DNA of 63,829 nucleotides, the filler included, from Globobulimina sp. (Eukaryota): assembly GCA_003354225.1 (NCBI GenBank). It is 18 parts of 18 records of this genome, joined end to end, with 100 filler letters (N's around TTAATTAATTAA, not from the genome) between each part and the next. Parts side by side here need not be neighbours in the genome. Positions count along the whole stretch, not along the records: positions 1 to 3,456 come from PIVH01002748.1; positions 3,557 to 7,011 come from PIVH01002749.1; positions 7,112 to 10,565 come from PIVH01002750.1; positions 10,666 to 14,119 come from PIVH01002751.1; 14 more parts are not named here. One strand, 5' to 3'. Below the pieces are notes generated by a model. That model saw only the letters and a list, made by a program, of their open reading frames with translations. It searched no databases and had not been told where the DNA came from. Below, piece by piece: positions 1 to 10,766 of this stretch. The stretch's first letter is position 1. Every line of letters starts with the position of its first letter. Position numbers and translations under genes: made by a program.

Positions 1-1077
1 CAGATTCGCTAACAATGGTTTCACCACTTTGGCTAATAACGGTTTAATCAATCTCGGATTGATAGTTTTTGCCAAAAGAGCTTCGCGTTTTTGTGCAGTG
101 TTGGCGTCTTTGTCTTGCTCCGCTTTGGACGGCGACGGCGACGGCGACGGCAACATTGATAAACTTAACCCACTTAACATGCCGTCGAAATTAGCATCTT
201 CCAAATCAGCGACTTTCTTAAATGTCACCTGTTTGAGCCATAACATTTTCTTCGAACGTTCTTTCGGCCGATTCTTTTGTGGCCATAGCACTTTATCCAA
301 TTTCTCAGCACTAAGCATTTGTGTATCGAATCCCTCATTGAACATGGAAATATAAGTATACTTTCCATCCGTTGTGCGATTGTTTGTTTCTGTTTGACCG
401 TCGACCTGAACGTCAAAGTAATTTTTATAGCCTCCATCTAATACATAACAATGCGGGAAGCATAAGTTTGGATAATTTGATTGGTTGAATTTGCGATCCA
501 AACTGCGGAAGAAAGCAGCCGCTCTCGGTCCTCTTTTTTGAGAATATTCGCAATGGAAAACCCACGCTGTGCGATGATCCTTGGTCGAATTCGTCACATT
601 TGCTTTAAATAATAACTCCAACAATTTCGGAGTTTGGATGTTGAGGGCACCGTTGATGTGACCTCCATTGAATTCGTGCGCATAGCGACAGTCAATCACA
701 ATAAAATGGTCCAATAAATGTTTGAATTTGCCGCTTGTCGCTTCTTTTAATGTCTTGACAGAAATGTGCTTGTTTCCTGAATCTGATTTAATGTGCGGCA
801 ATAAACCAATTGGTTTGTAAGCATATGACACCGCATCATTTGCGGCTTGCTCATTTAATGCCAAATTCATCTCTGGGAAATCAACCATTTCTGTCATATG
901 GCCCACTCCATTCTGTAAATTGTAAGTCTGTTTCTCGGAGTTGACCGATGTTATTTGATGATTACTTAAATCAAATTCAAGCTGTGTACTATCACGCTGC
1001 GACGTAGTTGAATTGTCAAAAGGTGATGGCGCTGCATCGAATTCGGCTTTGGTTTGGTTGATCTGCTCCTGTTCCAT
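1..1077 (-). CDS. CDC25: Cdc25-type rhodanese-fold phosphatase, 3' partial (not in ORF track)
   Basis: Manual translation from ATG at 1077 is open to the window edge. It contains FIVIDCRYAHEFNGGHINGALNI, the catalytic loop VFHCEYSQKRGP, and RSLDR..N..NYPNLCFPHCYVLDGGYK. Confidence 0.88.
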   Translation of the reverse strand, partial: MEQEQINQTKAEFDAAPSPFDNSTTSQRDSTQLEFDLSNHQITSVNSEKQTYNLQNGVGHMTEMVDFPEMNLALNEQAANDAVSYAYKPIGLLPHIKSDSGNKHISVKTLKEATSGKFKHLLDHFIVIDCRYAHEFNGGHINGALNIQTPKLLELLFKANVTNSTKDHRTAWVFHCEYSQKRGPRAAAFFRSLDRKFNQSNYPNLCFPHCYVLDGGYKNYFDVQVDGQTETNNRTTDGKYTYISMFNEGFDTQMLSAEKLDKVLWPQKNRPKERSKKMLWLKQVTFKKVADLEDANFDGMLSGLSLSMLPSPSPSPSKAEQDKDANTAQKREALLAKTINPRLIKPLLAKVVKPLLANL

Positions 1078-1313
1078 TTTAATGGCAATATTAAATTTAA
1101 TATTAATTGAACTTAAATATTTAACTTACTTATCACTTATGAAGCTCATAATTAATGAAACAACACTAATCCCATAATTAATGAAGCATCAACAAATACA
1201 TCCCATAATTCGCATCACCATTCATTCCAATGCTCACTGTCAGTTCAAGAAAAAAACCATGTAAACTTGATAAAACACGTACTTAATTTTCCAAAAACCT
1301 TCTTTGACGCATC

Positions 1314-3200
1314 ATGGTAACGTACTTAAACGTGTTCCTCGTAGCTTTGCTGCCATATTGCGTAAATACCGATATATTACATCATGAATACATCATTCTT
1401 GGTGCAGGCCCATCAGGACTGCAAATGGGATATTTGATGCAACACTTTGATGCAGAAAGCAACTATGATTACTTGATTATTGAACGAAATAATGTCGCTG
1501 GCAATTTTTTCAATAAATATCCTCGTCATAGGAAATTATTATCCATCAACAAAGTGTACACTGGCAACGACCATCATGAGTTCAACCTGAGGCATGACTG
1601 GAATTCGCTATTAACGCCGCAAAAAGCAGAGGCAAAATTCACACATAACCTCAACTCTGCACAGTATAACATGAGATTTGCAAATTACTCTCAAGAATAT
1701 TATCCTGATCGCCAGGATTTAGCTCATTATTTGTCAGATTATGCAGACTTTTTCCATTTGAATATATTATACAATGCAGAAATAACTAGCGTTGAACAGG
1801 ACCAATTAAACGATGATATCTTTTTAATTGATGTTGAAATCTCGTCGACGCCACAAAATATATACGATGCCAGTTTAAAGGCTGCAAATAATGCCACTGG
1901 CTCCTGTCAGACCACTCGCGTCCAATATAGTTGCAAATATTTATTTGTTGCAACAGGATTATCCAAAACCAACGTGCCTCCCATCCCGGGCATTGCCAAA
2001 GCCATCCCGTATTCAGACATGTCAATGGATTTAAACGTTTACCGGAATAAAAAGATCGCAGTCTTAGGTGGCAAGAACAGTGCCTTTGAAATAGCGCATT
2101 GGGTCTCGCAAGTTTCTGCGCATACTCATATTTTCCCGATATTAATGCCACGCTTTTCCTACGAAACGCATTATGTCGGCGATGTGCGCAGTGTGAATAT
2201 GGAGTTTTTGGATCATTACTTGTTGAAATCATTGGATGCCATCACTGAACAAACTATATTGCAGATTGAGATCATTTATGATGAAGAAACGCAGCAATAT
2301 GAGCTGCCGCCAAAAGACAAGGAAGTTTTGACGGATTTGCAAAGGCCGTGGCCGTTGCGCGGGACGTACGACATTGTGCTGTATGCCACGGGCTTTTTAT
2401 TTGAATGTGACATTTTCGGCGACGAACTCTGTGCGAAATTGATTCCAAATCCGCGCAAAGTGCGCTACCCAGTGATCACCAACCAATATGGCGCGAAGCG
2501 TGTGGCGAATATGTATGTTTTGGGCGATTTAATGCATAGTGTGGATTGGAAAAAATCTGCTGGCGGATTTATCCATGGATATAGGTATTTGATCAAAGCA
2601 TTGTTTCATCAGATTGTGGAGAAATCGTATACGAATACAAAGATACGGATTGCTTTGGAAGAGATCACGAAGCATTTCATGATTCGAATGAATACCGCAA
2701 GTTCCTACTATCAAATGTTCAGTGTTATGACGGATGTGGTTGTTATACGGGAAGGAGGCGATGGTTTCTATGCAGAGTATTATTATGATCTATTAATGGC
2801 GCAATTGAATACATTGCATGATAATGCGGACAAATGCGTGGATGTCATAACGATGACATTTGATTATAATGAGGAGTTTATTGGACATGATGTTGTTTTG
2901 TATGACCGGGAGAGGGTGGTTCAGGATTACAGGAAAGCAAAAGATGCAAAGTTTTTACATCCAGTGTTGAGATATTACAGTTGCAAGATATTGAGGAATA
3001 AGAATGATAATTCTTATCAAGATTATGCATCGAGCAAATATAAAATAAGTGAAAGACATATCATTGAGGATTTTTTGACGCTATGGGACGATGAAAAATT
3101 TCATTTTAAATGGTTGGCAAAATGGATCAATAAAATCACAAACGTTGAACAAACGGTGTGGAAATACAGCACCACGGATCTCATGGATGCGTATCATTGA
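1314..3200 (+). CDS. FOXRED2: FAD-dependent oxidoreductase domain-containing protein 2 (ERFAD) homolog
   Basis: Signal peptide, GAGPSG dinucleotide fold, the FOXRED2-like stretch RHRKLLSINKVYTG..EFNLRHDWNSLL, and KSAGGFIHGYRY. Confidence 0.85.
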   Translation: MVTYLNVFLVALLPYCVNTDILHHEYIILGAGPSGLQMGYLMQHFDAESNYDYLIIERNNVAGNFFNKYPRHRKLLSINKVYTGNDHHEFNLRHDWNSLLTPQKAEAKFTHNLNSAQYNMRFANYSQEYYPDRQDLAHYLSDYADFFHLNILYNAEITSVEQDQLNDDIFLIDVEISSTPQNIYDASLKAANNATGSCQTTRVQYSCKYLFVATGLSKTNVPPIPGIAKAIPYSDMSMDLNVYRNKKIAVLGGKNSAFEIAHWVSQVSAHTHIFPILMPRFSYETHYVGDVRSVNMEFLDHYLLKSLDAITEQTILQIEIIYDEETQQYELPPKDKEVLTDLQRPWPLRGTYDIVLYATGFLFECDIFGDELCAKLIPNPRKVRYPVITNQYGAKRVANMYVLGDLMHSVDWKKSAGGFIHGYRYLIKALFHQIVEKSYTNTKIRIALEEITKHFMIRMNTASSYYQMFSVMTDVVVIREGGDGFYAEYYYDLLMAQLNTLHDNADKCVDVITMTFDYNEEFIGHDVVLYDRERVVQDYRKAKDAKFLHPVLRYYSCKILRNKNDNSYQDYASSKYKISERHIIEDFLTLWDDEKFHFKWLAKWINKITNVEQTVWKYSTTDLMDAYH

Positions 3201-3456
3201 TAATTATGTTATGATAATTGACTTGAAATTGACTTGTAACTACTAATACTTTCCGAGCTTATAGGGTTTGGTCAAAAGTGGTTCTTAAAAAAAACATAAT
3301 ATCATTTTAAATATTACAGCGACGACAATGATATAACCATTTCTCTCTCCAGCCATTAATTTTACATTCTTTATTAGTTCTCATTATTTGCACTCTTTTA
3401 CTTATTGCTTCAATAAATACAGATATTATCATCCAATCATCGATAACAACGGTTTC

Positions 3457-3556
3457 NNNNNNNNNNNNNNNNNNNNNNNNNNNNNNNNNNNNNNNNNNNN
3501 TTAATTAATTAANNNNNNNNNNNNNNNNNNNNNNNNNNNNNNNNNNNNNNNNNNNN
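3457..3556. other. Artificial contig linker (44N-TTAATTAATTAA-44N), first of 17
   Basis: The identical 100-bp spacer with stops in all six frames recurs at 7012, 10566, 14120, 17674, 21227, 24780, 28333, 31885, 35437, 38988, 42539, 46089, 49639, 53187, 56735 and 60283. The intervening pieces decrease in length from 3456 to 3447 bp. Confidence 0.99.
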
Positions 3557-3951
3557 CTAAGTATGTGACTATCGGAGGTGGCTACGGTGAGAGTTGTCTT
3601 GTATGGAAAATTGAGTCAACAGATGGAGTCAACAAATGGAGGCAATTGAGTCAACAACTCGCTATTTCGTAAATAACAAAACAAATTACTTTTGAAGTGT
3701 CATTATCTTTTCCATCTTCATTATTTTCTTTACAATTACCAATTATTATTCGTGTTTCAAAGTGGCCAATACAGGCGCATTAACTTCCATTTCTGAATGG
3801 AAAAGTGTTGAAAATAACTTTTTTAATTCCATATCATTCATAGATACAGCAATACGAGAAATTCTTTTTATTTCTCCATAATTTGTGAACTTTAATTTAT
3901 TCCAATTGTCAATATATTTTTTAATCTCTCACAATGCTTTTAATTTGTATT

Positions 3952-4174
3952 CATTGAAAGAAATGCATTAAAGTCAGAGGTTTGAGAGGTTGAGATGTTC
4001 GGAAGTTTATGCGTTGAGAAGTTGAGAGGTTCAGAAGTTGAATCATTAATGAAACAAGAATCCAATTCTACGATACTTTTATCCACCAACTTCCGAACAT
4101 CCCAACCTCTCAACGCCAAAAGTTCTGAACCTCTCAACTTCTCAACCTCTGACTTAAATGCATTCCTTCCATTC
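3952..4174. mobile_element. MITE family A, copy 1 (about 220 bp)
   Basis: Imperfect terminal inverted repeats CATTGAAAGAAATGCATTAAAGTCAGAGG...CCTCTGACTTAAATGCATTCCTTCCATT with GAGAGGTT-type subterminal repeats. Homologous copies occur on two other contigs. Confidence 0.8.
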
Positions 4175-4314
4175 CTATCATCAAAAGATAAAATATGTCC
4201 ACCATTAATATGGCCAGATACAGCAAATATTGATATTGTAATATGTACGGCATTAATATAGCCAAAATACGGCAATATCGACGTTAATATGTACGCCATT
4301 AATAAAATGGGTAT

Positions 4315-4776
4315 ATGTACGCCAAAGTGGACGCAGCCAATACGAGTAAAATGGGCAAAAAATGGAAGGAATTGGAAGAGAAAATGACTAAATATCAACA
4401 GGACGCAAATGTGTTTTGGTCCACCAAAATGGAGACAAATATTAATCGTTCATTGGAGCATAAATTTGCAAATATGAGCCATGAAATAAGCACTGAAATA
4501 GCAAAATTGAGTAAATATAGAGATGAAGATCTCGAGTCAGAGTCAAAAGAGGAGGAATACACTACATTGCAGCCATCGCCGTCGCCTTCGGCTTCGTCAG
4601 CGTCGTCAGCATCAGACGTGGATCAATTTGCATTGATTGAAACACGAATGGTGGATAAGATCAAATCAAACAAGCCATCGTATGGTTGCATTTTATTGAT
4701 GGCGCTCATAGCCAATGCCGTATTTTTTATGGCGTGGAGCACCCACAAAGGATATTATTACGATCGGGGGTATTGA
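4315..4776 (+). CDS. Hypothetical coiled-coil protein with C-terminal transmembrane helix (possibly a gene fragment)
   Basis: 153-aa ORF with a charged helical N-terminus, an S/P linker and a hydrophobic CILLMALIANAVFFMAW segment. Confidence 0.45.
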   Translation: MYAKVDAANTSKMGKKWKELEEKMTKYQQDANVFWSTKMETNINRSLEHKFANMSHEISTEIAKLSKYRDEDLESESKEEEYTTLQPSPSPSASSASSASDVDQFALIETRMVDKIKSNKPSYGCILLMALIANAVFFMAWSTHKGYYYDRGY

Positions 4777-5837
4777 TATTATTTTATTTTGGGGACTGGG
4801 AGGGGATACTTTTTGTGATGAATAATATAAATTTTGTGATATATACATGTTGAAATTTTGAATTGCAATCTTGGCGTCTTGACGATTTATAAAGGATGGC
4901 TCGATGTACATTTTAAGGTAATTTCAGATATATAATTCCAATGTCTTTGCGCCATATTTGTATTGTTGTTAATCTCGTTGTTGTAATTTTAAAGCTTGAT
5001 TGTTGTATCATTTTATGTTTTTAATCAATAGTATCTTCTTTTTTTACTTTGCCTACAAATTGTTTAATTGATCGGTTCCATCGGATTTCGCCTGTTGCAG
5101 TAGCTCGATGACCAGGGAGATGGAGGGGGGTTTAGAATACACCAAAAAAAAACTCAGCACTGTAGTGTATATGAGAAAAAATAAAACAAGTAATAACACA
5201 ATATTTGAAGTGCCAAAATATGACGATACTGCATATTCTGTTCATTTTTTGACTCCGTTAGCATGTCCGAGTCAGTGTACACATAATAGTTATAATGAAT
5301 TGACTCAATTAACGGCTTGCATGCAATGATGGATCATGCAATGATGGATGGATGGATGGCATGGTGCATTATGTATGGATGAAATAGAATTACCAAAGAA
5401 ACATAATGATATTGTATGTTGTCTTTGTTTCAATTATGTTATACTTAAATGGATTTAGCCGGTGGTTTAATGGCAATCACACCACTTAATGCTAACGGTG
5501 ATTCTGATGATGCTGAGGATGGTTTTACGTGTACTGTAATGATACAAAAGTAAATGATTTTTATGCAAAAACAGACGACAGCAGCTGGTATAAATGATAT
5601 ACAACATACAGCTACATGCATATAATCATAATCAGGAATTTTGATTACCGAAATTAATTACGAAACAAAAACAAATTGACAGCACCTCGCGCCAAAACAT
5701 ACTCAACCAATAATCGACACGCATTCCCATCAAATAACAGGTTTGATAAAATTTAGACATTATTTTGCTGCTATCTGTGTAAATCTGACCATTAAATACT
5801 ATCTTTTTTACACAGTTAATTACTAAGACCACGACAA

Positions 5838-7003
5838 ATGGCAGAAATGTTATTCATATTCATTATTATTACGGTATCAAGCGTTCTGTCACAAAGCTTA
5901 AGTTAAATTATGTCTCTTCGCTATTTAACTCACACCAAATACCAAATTAAAATAAATAATAAATAGTTACGAGCATAAATAATAATCAATATTTTCAAAT
6001 AAGAAATAACCAGTCAACTGAACATAAAGGATGCATGTCTTGGGGCCCATACATGGGAAACAATGATTGGCCTTTCGTTGGTATTGGTCAATGTGGTTCT
6101 GCTCACAAAATGAATCTTTGGACTGCAATGAGATATGGCACAACTCAATTTAGGCTCAAAAACTTTAATGCCGGAAAATGTCTAACTTACCACACATCGA
6201 ACAATCCTACGTTATATCCTTGTGGTAGTCATGGAGATAAACAATTATTTTATATTTATAAGATTGACGGTGATACTGATGAATTTAGATTAAGAAATAA
6301 ATTTAAAGATACTTGTATTTATTATAAATTAAATAACCAAAATACATTTAGATTTAGTACAGGAAAATGTTCTGGATACAGCAAAACAGGACACACAGAT
6401 TTATATTGGAGATTTATACCGGAACCTGCGAGTTTTGTACAGGCTGATTTTTTGGTAGATACAGCAAGCGTAACACACATAAAGCCGTTAGCTTTAAATA
6501 ACGCTGTGTGTGATAATCGACATGGTGATGGCAAAAGTACGCAAGAATTAACGTTTACAGTGTCTCAAGAGATTGAGACGACAGCGGAGTGGATTCATAC
6601 CGGTGGAGTCGAAGTTAGTGTTGGGACCAAAATTAAGAGCGGTATTCCAGTTATTGCAGAAGGTTCAGTAGAAGTAGAAGTTACGGGATCTTATAGTCAT
6701 TCACTTGGCGAAGAAAAGGCAATAAAGAATGCGTTTGAGGCGTCGTTTGGATTAATATGGTTTGTCACATTATATATTATATTTAGTTGTTTATAATTAT
6801 ATATTTTAATATTTCATGTACACATTTTATACAGTGCACCAGGTGAAAGAGTACAAGGCAAAGCGTATATAAACAAGGGTGATTTGGCTGTTGGCTATGA
6901 GATTATTATGGAGGGGACAATTACCAGAAAGCAGTGTGTATCAAGAGGTACGTGGCGGGGCGTAGCAGCATCAAATTTAAACATTGAATATAAAAAATTG
7001 TGA
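5838..7003 (+). CDS. Secreted ricin-B-lectin-like + aerolysin/ETX-MTX2-type pore-forming protein (3 exons)
   Basis: Signal-peptide exon 5838-5901, intron 5902-5966, second intron about 6760-6833. QxF/W-type repeats (GKCLT, DKQLF, DLYW). S/T-rich beta-hairpin TTAEWIHTGGVEVSVGTKIKSGIPVIAEGSVEVEVTGSYSHS, then C-terminal APGERV...GTWRGV. Confidence 0.75.
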
Positions 7004-7111
7004 ATAATATANNNNNNNNNNNNNNNNNNNNNNNNNNNNNNNNNNNNNNNNNNNNTTAATTAATTAANNNNNNNNNNNNNNNNNNNNNNNNNNNNNNNNN
7101 NNNNNNNNNNN

Positions 7112-9670
7112 CTCTGCTGTTTGCATAAATAAATTAAGTTTTCCATATTCACCCAACAAATCATTATTTAATAACAATGTCAATGCCTTTGTGCTCAATG
7201 GATCTTTGCATTGACATATATGCATTGTGATGCTTTCTTTGTCGCTGCCAAATTGACACAAAAACGCTTTCCGCCACAAATGTCCATCATTTGAAACATA
7301 CTCTAAAACAGGTAACATATTTTGAGCACGCTTACTCACAAAGGCCAACGCGACGGAGCTGCTGCCAAACAATAACTGTCCTTTGATATTATCATTAATT
7401 TGATTTGTTTCTAATATGAATATTAATGCTGCACTCCACTCAAAATTATAACATATTGAATGTAAAAATGGCGCAATATAACAGCCGTCAGAACGGACAA
7501 ACAAAAATTTGCGTAATGCACTTATATTGTTAGCAAATAAACGTATTGCTTGTTTCAAAAAATTTGCTAACTGAACACCTGCATTTTGTCCTTGTTTCAT
7601 AGAGGAAATAGAGTTAAACAGGGAACCATAGCTATTGTTTACAACGTATTTACTAAAATAGCTTAATATCGCTCCACAAAAGCTCTTTCGGCATTGATTG
7701 GAGAAATATTTATTGATTTTGCCATTTTCATGTTTTATTATATGAAATAATGCGGCTTTATGGCAATTTTTATTCATTCCATCATCAATTAATGCATTGA
7801 TGTTTGAATTTGATGTTTTCCACAATATTTTAAACTGTTTCAGGTTGTCATTGCCAATCACATTAATAAATACATCATTTAAATTGCTCACATCTTTAAA
7901 TCGCGACATGTCGGCTGTCAATTGGCCAAAATTATAAATCAATTCGCTTTTTCGTTCCACCGAATATAACTTATGAGCTTTCTTCTTGTACGAATTCATC
8001 AAATCCAACAAAAATTGAATCTCAGCTATGATTTTTTGCTTTTTATTGGTCTGCGATTGGAGCAATACATTCAATTTTATGTCAGTGTATTGTGGGTACT
8101 CTGCGTTGTATGCACTCCAACCATTCTTACACCGAATAACCTCAACAATGCAATAGCTTTTTGCCTTAATTTGCAATACAAACATTTCAATAAATGTCAG
8201 CAAAGATTCGATCGTTTTAAAATGCAAAGCACATCGATTCATATCCAATATTTTGGCGCCAGTCGGATACTCCGCGGCAATGTAATCATTTTCCACTTTG
8301 GTTTGTGAGCGAGACAGTGTTTTGACCGGACCTGCAGTGAAATGCACGTTGTCTCCAGTTTGCAAATTAATTTCTTTGGTGATTTGCTTCATATCTCTCT
8401 GGAACATCGTATCCAAAATGTTTGCTCGAAACAGCAATTCGTCTGAATATAGATACAGTTATTTGTTTAATGTACATTGCATAGAAAATATACCTATATA
8501 CATACTCAAATATATATTTTTATCATAATGCTGTTTAGCGCTGAAATGTGTGCTCGGCGGATATATATCTTCTGATAATTCACTTTCTGTATATTTTGGG
8601 ACTAAACAGCCGCAATGATCTTGTCTAGCAATGTTTGAATATGGCGTAGAAACATTATATGTTTTCAATGCATTCCATTTGTCAGACTTACCGGCTTTTA
8701 TTGCCTCAATTTTTTCTTTCAGCAACAAATCACTTTGCTTCTGGCTTTCCGCTCGGACTCGAACCAATAATTCATAAAACAGTGTGTTTCTCAGTATCGT
8801 CTCCATACCGCTTTCATCTTCTTTTTGTTGCTGCGCATTTCCCGGATGTGGTAGGTACCAAATCAATGAGTTTATAAAATTCTCTTTTAGCCATTTCCAG
8901 CCTTTTTTATCTGACGTATCACTCAATATTTCTCCATATGTCTTCATCATTGTTTTCCATAATTTTGATTGTAACGGCTCAACTTTCTCGATATGATAGT
9001 AACGATTGAATGCATCCATTCTTTCTCCGTCGTCATTCAATACAGAATGCCAAGCATAAAATAGCATATCTTCACCGAATGGCGCTCTTTCTTCAATTGC
9101 TTTGCTCATAAAATCAGCCAATTTAAATTGCCTAAAATCAGCGGCAGGATTAAAATTGAAATTAATATTTGGATTATTATTGTTTGCTTTTTTCATGTTT
9201 TTCATATATTGATTCAAAAAAACTGCTTCTTTATTTTTCCTATGCAATGCCATGGCGATATCCTTCAAATCATTGCCAAGTTTGCCTGATAACTGTCTGT
9301 AATATAACAATTCTGTGATTTTATAACGGCCATATTTCATCGCATAAAGCAACGCATTCTCACCGTCATTGTCTTTGATGTGTACATCGCCGCCATAGTT
9401 GCAAATAAATGTTACTAAGTCGAGGTTTCCAGCGACCACCGCATACATCAACAATGTCATGCCACCATCAGAGTTTTGCGCATTTATTTCGATTTCATTC
9501 GAACTTATTAGGTTTTTGATGTACTGTAGGTTCCCACTGCTTAGTTTTTGTAATATTTCATTCCAATTTACATCATTTGATGCTAACATTTGTTTGGCCT
9601 CAAATTCGTCTTCATTTTGATGAATTTCATCTAATATAAAATCAATGTCTGTTGGAGTTATATCTTCCAT
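7112..9670 (-). CDS. Ankyrin-repeat + RelA/SpoT-synthetase-like nucleotidyltransferase protein, 3' partial
   Basis: Two ORFs join in frame across a GT-AG intron at 8443-8505. Ankyrin repeats GMTLLMYAV..GNLDLV and GENALLYAMKYG. NTase-like motifs GPVKTLSRSQTK, LDMNRC, KNG..YTDIKLN, EIQ and HKLY. Confidence 0.75.
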
Positions 9671-10278
9671 TATTTTTCCAAGACAAGGGAGGATGTTACA
9701 GATGCGCAATTGACAGAAGTTTTTTGTGCTCAAAATCAAAATGGTTGTTTACCACATAACATAATAAATAGTGCGATCATCCCAAGCAATTGCTGTAGTT
9801 AGCACAGGATATCCACCATATATGGCGATCGGAAAAAGAAATGAAAAGTATTAATAACAATAGTAACAAACATGTGTAATAAAATTTGTTTTATAGTACA
9901 CGTGTTTAATAAGTGCAAGTGTTATATTTATTTTGTGATTGGGTTTGTATTTATTGAGTGATTTGTGTTGCTTCGCTTGTATTTCCTCTTTACATACCTG
10001 GTTGAACAGAAACTGGATCAAACACTTTTTTCTGTGAGAGTTTGTTGATTGGATATTGCACTCTATTCTACCTTTGATATTCTCTCTTGTTGTATGTCTT
10101 TGTGCTGCAACAGTCGACAGAATTTATGCCTTAAAGAAGGTTGGCGCTCGCGCTACCTCAAAATAACACTGCAGTCACAACTATTGAGCTAATTCACTGC
10201 CGAATCTATGGTGAATTCAAACTGATACAGGTTTTGTACTTAATTGCTTACTAATTCTTGTTATTTTAGTTTAGGGGA

Positions 10279-10565
10279 ATGGCTCGATGTACACTACTGG
10301 CTCAAAATAGATCTAGACATAAAATTGCATGTATACTGTTGTTAATTTGTTTGATCGTCGGTCGGATTTGTTTTATCGACAGAAAAGTTATAAATTCAAC
10401 AATTAATGAATCCCGATTAGAACTGGAAGTAACACCAACATTACATGTTAACAATAATAGTACAAGTGATGTTACTCGCATATTGATTGCAGGCTATGCT
10501 CATTCTGGAACAACATACATCTCTCAGTTTATCGGAGAAGTACTTTTCGGAAAGGATTCTGTTTT
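10279..10565 (+). CDS. Type II membrane sulfotransferase-like protein, 3' partial
   Basis: N-terminal TM anchor and stem, then a 5'-PSB-like loop ILIAGYAHSGTT. Cut by the contig end. Confidence 0.55.
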
Positions 10566-10766
10566 NNNNNNNNNNNNNNNNNNNNNNNNNNNNNNNNNNN
10601 NNNNNNNNNTTAATTAATTAANNNNNNNNNNNNNNNNNNNNNNNNNNNNNNNNNNNNNNNNNNNNTCTTTCCGTTTGCCGAAAGCTCAGTGAAATAAATC
10701 AATTTAAGTCTGATAAAGACATTCAAAATGCTAGCTTTTCACTCTTTTTTTAATTTACTCACAGCC

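Noticed and set aside
29-437. ORFs 29-355 (+) and 225-437 (-)
   Set aside because: Shadow frames of the Cdc25 CDS. The same applies to most short antisense ORFs in the track.
3457-3556. Regularly spaced TTAATTAATTAA resembling a repeat array
   Set aside because: It is a synthetic six-frame-stop linker between length-sorted contigs.
3952-4174. GAGAGGTT repeats as CRISPR or telomeric repeats
   Set aside because: There are no unique spacers or cas genes, and the repeats are degenerate and inverted within TIRs.
3940-4398. ORFs 3940-4398 (-) and 3995-4261 (+)
   Set aside because: They are translations of the MITE's inverted repeats, with SEPLNFST appearing on both strands.
5108-5550. YSVHFLTPLACP resembling the end of an MRH domain, followed by GATG repeats
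   Set aside because: Too short and disrupted to support a call. At most a decayed fragment.
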